A stretch of DNA of 64,000 nucleotides. Origin: a virus. This document shows, in pieces, positions 58,395-64,000 of this stretch. Location: positions 32,001-96,000 of IMG/VR virus record IMGVR_UViG_3300028393_000001; one strand, given 5' to 3'. Under the pieces are notes generated by a model. It was not told the origin of the DNA. It did no database searches and saw nothing but the letters and a program-made list of their open reading frames with translations. A program made the position numbers and the translations under genes. The number at the start of each line of letters is the position of its first letter. Position 1 is the first letter of the stretch.

Positions 58395-58793
58395 TTAAGT
58401 TAATAACCACTGTACACCATCATAGATAAGTGTTAGTGAACCATAAGGTGTGTTAATTGTAGCGTTTACAGCACCATCAATGGTACCTGCAGTTGGAACA
58501 ATAGTAATAGGTGTAGCAACACTAGCTAGACCTAAACCATCTTTGATAATAAAAGTTTGCCCTGCTACGCCAGCCGGTAGGTTTACTGCTACTGGAACTG
58601 GTCCAGGTACTTGTACTGCAATTGCAGCATCTGCACTTAAGACTGCTATGGGTGTTGCTACTGCAATTCGGATTGCTGTAATTACTACACCACCAGCACT
58701 AATAGTAATTCTATTTGCTCCAGTGCCTGTAGTAGGTGTGACTATGATACCAGTACCTGCAATAATACTGGTAGGATTATTTGTATATGACAT
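58395..58793 (-). CDS. Putative virion/tail accessory protein (repeat-domain family)
   Basis: VNLPAG..GQTFIIKD...IDG...YGSLTLIYDG.QW. Confidence 0.6.
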   Translation of the reverse strand: MSYTNNPTSIIAGTGIIVTPTTGTGANRITISAGGVVITAIRIAVATPIAVLSADAAIAVQVPGPVPVAVNLPAGVAGQTFIIKDGLGLASVATPITIVPTAGTIDGAVNATINTPYGSLTLIYDGVQWLLT

Positions 58794-58807
58794 ATGTGTC
58801 CTTAAAA

Positions 58808-59281
58808 TTAAGTTATGCTCCAGTTGGAGCCATTAAATACTACTGTAATACTACCAAATGGTACATCAATAGTAGCTGTGCCGATATCAACATTTTGTGC
58901 TGTTCCTTGTATTGTAATAGGTGCATTATTTGCATTTCCACTACAATCCTTAATTACGTATACTGTACCTAATATGCCTGTAGGTAATGTAATTGTTACT
59001 GGTGCTACGCTTAATACACATAGAAAATAGTCTGTGGCTAAAGCAGTATAAGTTGCTGTTGTTACATCAGTAACAGGCACTACGCCAGGTGTACCTGGTG
59101 GTCCTGGAGGCCCTGGAGGTCCAGGCGGTCCAACGGGTCCAGGTGGTCCAACTACTAGACTATTATTAATAAATAAGTCTTTGTCAGGAATATATGGAAA
59201 TATTGGATAAATAGGAGGAAACATTTGCATTTGCATTTGTCCCTCTGGTCCTTGGTTCTGCATTTGTTGTGGAAAAAACAT
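58808..59281 (-). CDS. Collagen-repeat protein with the same C-terminal domain
   Basis: (GPP)n tract, then TLP.G..G..Y.IKD...FGSIT.VFNG..W. Confidence 0.65.
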   Translation of the reverse strand: MFFPQQMQNQGPEGQMQMQMFPPIYPIFPYIPDKDLFINNSLVVGPPGPVGPPGPPGPPGPPGTPGVVPVTDVTTATYTALATDYFLCVLSVAPVTITLPTGILGTVYVIKDCSGNANNAPITIQGTAQNVDIGTATIDVPFGSITVVFNGSNWSIT

Positions 59282-59345
59282 AAAGTTTCCTTAATAAAAA
59301 GCCCCCTCGACTTATGGTTGAGAGGGCTTAAAACTACACCAAATA

Positions 59346-60413
59346 TTAACGAATAGAAGTATTTGTGTTAGTTGGGTTAGCTGTTAGTGTACCAGAACCA
59401 ACATTAATTGCACCATTTGTAATGTTTTGGCCTAATCCGTAGATTAGATTAGCCAATGATGCGTATTGCTGTTGTTGCTGTGCTTGTTGTTGCATTTGAT
59501 TAATGTTATTTGTAGTAGTAACGTTAATACCAGCTGTAGCTGCTTGTAGACGACCATCGCCACGTAGTTCAATAATTTCTGCATTTGCATCAGTTAGTTG
59601 ACGATTTAATGTTTGTTCGTATTGACTTACAATCAGTGCACGAGTAGTAGTACCATCAGCAGTAATAGCACGTTCTGTGTTATTAAAACCAACTAACATA
59701 TTTGTGTTAACTTGATTTAGTTGTTGCATTACTGCAACTGCATTTGCATTAACAGCATCTTTTACGCCATCAATACGATTAACTAAACTACCTGTAGTAG
59801 AGTTAAATTGATTTGTCAAACCAATTGTTTGGTTAGCTTGACTAGCTTCCATTGCTGCTTGACCTACTGCTACTGCTTTGTCAACTTGACCAATACTTTG
59901 CATTAATTGCATATTAGCCGTAGCTTGACCAGTTACGGCACTTTCGCCGCCATTGCCATTACCACCAAATAAACCACCACCGCCTTGGCGTAGGAGGCTT
60001 CCTAAGATTAATCCACCAATCAATCCGCCACCACTACCAAAACCTAGACCACCATCTCCGCCGCCACTCATCATCATTCCTGCTGGGTTTAGAACTTCTG
60101 CCATTTTTTTCTTCCTTGTTTCATTATCAAAATAATTTGTTCCTGTTGACTCTATTGCAAAAGGAACCTCTATGTTACTGACTGTATCTCCGTACATTAT
60201 AGTTACAGTACCTGTAACCCCTGGAGCATCCTTGATTTCAAAATATACTGGTTTTCCTGCAGGCCCCCAGAACTTATCTACTGGTGTAGTTAAGTTTCCG
60301 TCAACATACGCAACCACTTGTATATTATCAGGTTTGCTGACAGTTATCATACCGTCAGTGGGTATAATAACTGTGTTAGTAATCCCAGTAATGGGTTTTA
60401 CTATTGACCACAT
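59346..60413 (-). CDS. Gly-rich / coiled-coil protein, probably structural
   Basis: Long ORF; internal RBS and ATG at 60104. Confidence 0.6.
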   Translation of the reverse strand: MWSIVKPITGITNTVIIPTDGMITVSKPDNIQVVAYVDGNLTTPVDKFWGPAGKPVYFEIKDAPGVTGTVTIMYGDTVSNIEVPFAIESTGTNYFDNETRKKKMAEVLNPAGMMMSGGGDGGLGFGSGGGLIGGLILGSLLRQGGGGLFGGNGNGGESAVTGQATANMQLMQSIGQVDKAVAVGQAAMEASQANQTIGLTNQFNSTTGSLVNRIDGVKDAVNANAVAVMQQLNQVNTNMLVGFNNTERAITADGTTTRALIVSQYEQTLNRQLTDANAEIIELRGDGRLQAATAGINVTTTNNINQMQQQAQQQQQYASLANLIYGLGQNITNGAINVGSGTLTANPTNTNTSIR

Positions 60414-60458
60414 TATATTTCCCTTCTCTTAATTTGTAATCTTACGATTACTGCATCC

Positions 60459-60986
60459 CTAGTTATCCCTATGATAACTAGGTAATTTTTCATTAATTAT
60501 AGACCAATTGATAGTATTCCAGATATTATCAATATAGCCCCCTTTATTTGCGTGGTAATCTAAAGCCCATGAGTGTTCCCACCAATCTATTAATACAACA
60601 ATGTCATTAAATATTGCATGATTTTTTATTGTACGTATTTTACCATCACTAGAAAGATATACCCATCCGCTGCCTTGTATTTCAAAAGCAGCCTTTTTAA
60701 TTTCTTGTTTAAATTTACTAAAATCTTCGTAGTAATGATTAATAAAGTCTAAGCTTTTGCCAAAAGGCTGATTAGTTTCCGAATATGGTTGTAGTTGTTG
60801 AAAAAAGATATTATGTAAAAAAGCACCTGCTTCATTAAATACAGGGTCGCCCTCATTATTATTAAATCTTGTTACGTAACCACGAGCTAAGTTCTCGTAA
60901 TGGTAATCTAAAGTTTCCGCACTCATAGCAGGACTTAATTCAGTTACACTATATGGAAGCGGGGCTAATACTAATATCTTATTCAT
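60459..60986 (-). CDS. Fe/Mn superoxide dismutase
   Basis: YH, LHN.FF, GSGWV.L and DWWEHSW metal ligands. Confidence 0.9.
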   Translation of the reverse strand: MNKILVLAPLPYSVTELSPAMSAETLDYHYENLARGYVTRFNNNEGDPVFNEAGAFLHNIFFQQLQPYSETNQPFGKSLDFINHYYEDFSKFKQEIKKAAFEIQGSGWVYLSSDGKIRTIKNHAIFNDIVVLIDWWEHSWALDYHANKGGYIDNIWNTINWSIINEKLPSYHRDN

Positions 60987-61279
60987 AGCGTACTCCACTC
61001 TATACTATTATATATAAAAGTTATGCTACCAAAATTTTTATTAATAACTTTAGTTAATTTTCCGTCTATAGTATTAGACTCACTACTAACCGTAATATTA
61101 TTTATTTTTGCTCTACCACTAAAATCTTTAACTATATATAATTTTCCAGGTTTAGAATCAGATGGTAATATAATCTCTACGCCTTCATCTGTAGCTAAAA
61201 AATGCTCTTCGCTGGTAGGGGTATATGGGGAATCGGTAACAAAACTAGTTGATATTATTCCAGAGGACTTTTGAAACAT
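60983..61279 (-). CDS. Repeat-domain protein, fourth copy
   Basis: ILP....GKLYIVKD...IDG...FGSITFIYN..EW. Confidence 0.6.
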   Translation of the reverse strand: MFQKSSGIISTSFVTDSPYTPTSEEHFLATDEGVEIILPSDSKPGKLYIVKDFSGRAKINNITVSSESNTIDGKLTKVINKNFGSITFIYNSIEWSTL

Positions 61280-61434
61280 CGGATTACCTTTATTTTATAG
61301 ATACCAAAACTTTTTGTACCAATTTATTTTACAATTATATACTTTATACCAAAAAAGTGCAATACCAAAAATTTGTGCTATAAAATCCAAGCATGAAAAA
61401 GCCCCTATAAGTATTACTACCTATAGGGGCTTTT

Positions 61435-62106
61435 TTAATTTCTATAAGCCATTATGATTTGTTTACATAGTTTACTTCGTACTATATCTTCATCTAAAAA
61501 TCTGATTATTTCAATGCCAGGAATACCTTCAAGTCTATGAACTGCGTCATCTAATCCTGAATCTTCGATGTCACTTTGTTCAGAGTCTCCTGAAAAAATC
61601 ATTTTAGTATTTTTACCGATTCTGGATAAAATCATTTTCATCTCAGTAACGGTGGCGTTCTGAGCTTCATCTACTAATACAATTGCATTATCAAATGTTG
61701 CTCCTCTCATAAAACCAAGTGGTCTTGGTTCAATAGTCTTAGTTTTTAACGCGTACTCATAAAATCCTTTACCTAAAGCCCTAGCAAATACACTATCAAA
61801 AGGATCTAAATAAGGTGCATACTTTTCTTCCAGTGTTCCGGGTAAGAAGCCTAAACCTCTACCTGTTTCAACATTTGGTCTTGTTAGTATTATCTTATCT
61901 ACTCTACGATGAAATAATTCTGAGGCAGCATAACTAGCTGCTACATAGGTTTTTCCAGTTCCTGCACTACCTACTCCAAATATAATATCATTATGTTTAA
62001 TAGCATCTAGATATTCTCCTTGGATAAAGTTTAATGGTTGTACTTCTTTAAAAGAAGCACTATAACTTTCACCTTCATTTCTTCGACTCTTTTTACCAGT
62101 AGCCAT
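61435..62106 (-). CDS. phoH: PhoH-like ATPase
   Basis: GSAGTGKT, LGFLPG, MRG.TF, DEAQN and GD..Q.D motifs. Confidence 0.95.
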   Translation of the reverse strand: MATGKKSRRNEGESYSASFKEVQPLNFIQGEYLDAIKHNDIIFGVGSAGTGKTYVAASYAASELFHRRVDKIILTRPNVETGRGLGFLPGTLEEKYAPYLDPFDSVFARALGKGFYEYALKTKTIEPRPLGFMRGATFDNAIVLVDEAQNATVTEMKMILSRIGKNTKMIFSGDSEQSDIEDSGLDDAVHRLEGIPGIEIIRFLDEDIVRSKLCKQIIMAYRN

Positions 62107-62327
62107 ATGTTCTCCAAAAATGATTAATAAATTACTTCTTTTTTACAGGAATTTTTGTTCCTTGATGTTTTTTATGTAACTTTTTAACCTTTTTGGCGGG
62201 TTTTTTAAATTTTGCGGTTTGTGTTGTAGTACTTACAGGTTTTTCTGGTACTGAGGCAGTTGCCAAACCAGAACTTACTAAAAACACTAATGAAAGCAGA
62301 GTTAAATATACTTTACTCATAACAGCC

Positions 62328-62666
62328 TTATAAAATTGGATCATTTGAATTTGGAATGACCTTACCAATCCTACTTGGAGTAGTAGGAGTAACTGAGCTA
62401 GCAGGCATACTAGTTCCAGTTATTTTTTCTTGTGTACGACCATAAGCCGCAATACCAAGCACAGCACCCATAGCAATATGAAATAAGCCTGCGCCTTGCA
62501 AGGTTAATGGTTGCCATTGTGTAGAAATTTGTCCGTGCCCTATTTGTTGTAGTAAACTCCATAATATAGGAAATACCATAAAATCACAACTACATACAGC
62601 CATGTACATCCAGCCCATAGCTGGTCTCCATTTAGCAGTAACCCAATGTTCTTTATCATCTTCCAT
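62328..62666 (-). CDS. Putative holin
   Basis: WRPAMGW motif, TM helices and YGRTQEK. Confidence 0.65.
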   Translation of the reverse strand: MEDDKEHWVTAKWRPAMGWMYMAVCSCDFMVFPILWSLLQQIGHGQISTQWQPLTLQGAGLFHIAMGAVLGIAAYGRTQEKITGTSMPASSVTPTTPSRIGKVIPNSNDPIL

Positions 62667-62794
62667 AAATACTCCTATCTATGTCTATCATTTAACCAGT
62701 CTTTAAACATTACCCAAAATATCATTACTAAAGGTACGCATCCTAATAAAAATAAGGCATCATTAAATGTAATAATTATATTAAAATGCATAAA

Positions 62795-63412
62795 TTATCC
62801 TCCACTTTTTGCGGCTGTTTCAATTTGTTTCTTCTGCTCTTGTTCTCTAGCCCACTGTTGTTCTCTAATAATTTTTGCACGTTTTGCTTGTGCAATTTCA
62901 AACTCTTTTTGTTGTTCGGTCATACTATAAAACTGTACACCTAACATAATAAACGCAGACAACACTAACCCAAATCCCACTGTATACATAGTCATCATAA
63001 AGTACTTAGCCATTTTTTCTTTATGTAACTGTTTAGCTTTTGCTATTGCTTCTTCGCCCGCACGTTTTTCTTTTATTAGTCTAGTACGCTCAGCAATCAT
63101 CTCTTGCCAAATTTGAGGTTTACCTAGCTGCCAATAAATCATATCCTTTAAAGCTCTTTCATCCTCACGTAGTTGATTACTACGCATAGCAAACTCAAGT
63201 GCTTGACGCCCAAGTTGAGCATCAGTTTTTCCAATAGATTCATGCTTAGCCTTAATACTAGCCATATGAACTTGATCAGCAGATTCGAAAAAATGCCCTA
63301 CTTGCCCAATAATGCTATTAACATCCTTGCCCATAGCAATTGCTTGCTTAATACCGCTAATTGCTGACTGCGCTGCTGAAAAAGCAAGACTTATAGTAAT
63401 TGGATCAATCAT
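62795..63412 (-). CDS. Membrane-anchored coiled-coil phage protein
   Basis: MIDPIT...; single TM segment. Confidence 0.6.
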   Translation of the reverse strand: MIDPITISLAFSAAQSAISGIKQAIAMGKDVNSIIGQVGHFFESADQVHMASIKAKHESIGKTDAQLGRQALEFAMRSNQLREDERALKDMIYWQLGKPQIWQEMIAERTRLIKEKRAGEEAIAKAKQLHKEKMAKYFMMTMYTVGFGLVLSAFIMLGVQFYSMTEQQKEFEIAQAKRAKIIREQQWAREQEQKKQIETAAKSGG

Positions 63413-63612
63413 TTTTTAATAGTATCTTTACAGCATACTAACTCCATCTTACAAACTTTTCCTGCCTTGACATATTCATTAACACCATATGTTTTTCTAC
63501 CTGTTTCACAAATTTCTTTAAGTACTAATTCAGTATTAGGCCAAGGCTTATATGAATCAGCACTAGATGCTAAACAGATAACCGTAAGTGCTAAAAGAAT
63601 ATATCTCATAGA

Positions 63613-63999
63613 TTACTCCTCAAATATTTTCTTTTGTTTACGATACCACTCTTGCCAACCTTTTACTTGCTCTACTACTTGGTAATAGGTTCCGTAATTT
63701 TCGTTAACTGTGGAGATAAAGTCACTTGCTTTAACATCGGAGGTTCCTTGAGCAACTCCTCCGGTACTTCCGGGAACTTCCTCTTTACTGGCGGCGTTGA
63801 CGAGCACGACTGCAGCATTAGTAAGCTTGCAATTATTATCCAAGTCTTTAGCAACATTTTGTGTGATGTATTGCTGATTTGCATTAGTATCCTCCTTGAT
63901 CTTTATAGTTTTAGTTAATATTTTAGTTACTATTACTGTATTAACTTCACTAGATTTAGCCTCTGCTTGGGCAACTTTAATTTGTTCTTCTACTATCTT
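63613..63999 (-). CDS. Rz-like i-spanin (5' end outside the window)
   Basis: Frame open to the window edge, coiled coil, hosts an embedded lipoprotein ORF. Confidence 0.6.
   Translation of the reverse strand, partial: KIVEEQIKVAQAEAKSSEVNTVIVTKILTKTIKIKEDTNANQQYITQNVAKDLDNNCKLTNAAVVLVNAASKEEVPGSTGGVAQGTSDVKASDFISTVNENYGTYYQVVEQVKGWQEWYRKQKKIFEE
63675..63857 (-). CDS. Rz1-like o-spanin lipoprotein embedded in another frame
   Basis: Signal peptide with lipobox LQSC; Pro-rich. Confidence 0.6.
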   Translation of the reverse strand: MLLKTWIIIASLLMLQSCSSTPPVKRKFPEVPEELLKEPPMLKQVTLSPQLTKITEPITK

Positions 64000-64000
64000 A

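Noticed and set aside
2653-63918. Short antisense and shadow ORFs in the ORF track
   Set aside because: They overlap well-supported genes or RNAs and lack RBS or motifs

Overview
The window is part of a lytic T5-like (Demerecviridae-like) tailed-phage genome. The host is probably a Betaproteobacterium, inferred from the IscU/ErpA/FdhD genes and the tmRNA tag ANDSQFALAA. Layout: (i) 1-6.6 kb is a rightward pre-early-like block in which I found no GATC until ~5917. It is built from repeated intergenic cassettes (terminator, 21-bp palindrome ATGGTCGCTT-N-AAGCGACCAT, leftward consensus sigma70 promoter with no gene behind it, rightward promoter). It carries three A2-like paralogs and ends in a ~750-nt promoter-to-terminator structured non-coding RNA. 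(ii) 6.9-22.4 kb is a leftward block with A2, A1, ThyX, FdhD, IscU/ErpA, a glycosyltransferase, a SleB-type hydrolase and many small ORFs. (iii) 23-37.1 kb is an RNA-rich block with 26 tRNAs covering all 20 amino acids, a circularly permuted two-piece tmRNA, a type I hammerhead ribozyme, two tRNA-like elements and about a dozen structured RNAs closed by long terminal helices, plus UvsE, Dps, Hsp20 and a C5-MTase-like gene. (iv) 37.4-57.4 kb is the T5-type replication module (D3, D2, split NAD ligase, D5, helicase, primase, PolA, D10-D15, dUTPase) followed by class II RNR and a GIY-YIG endonuclease. (v) 57.6-64 kb is a leftward late/lysis block (repeat-domain proteins, SOD, PhoH, holin, spanins). 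All calls come from reading the sequence by eye and from recalled family motifs; no searches were run.
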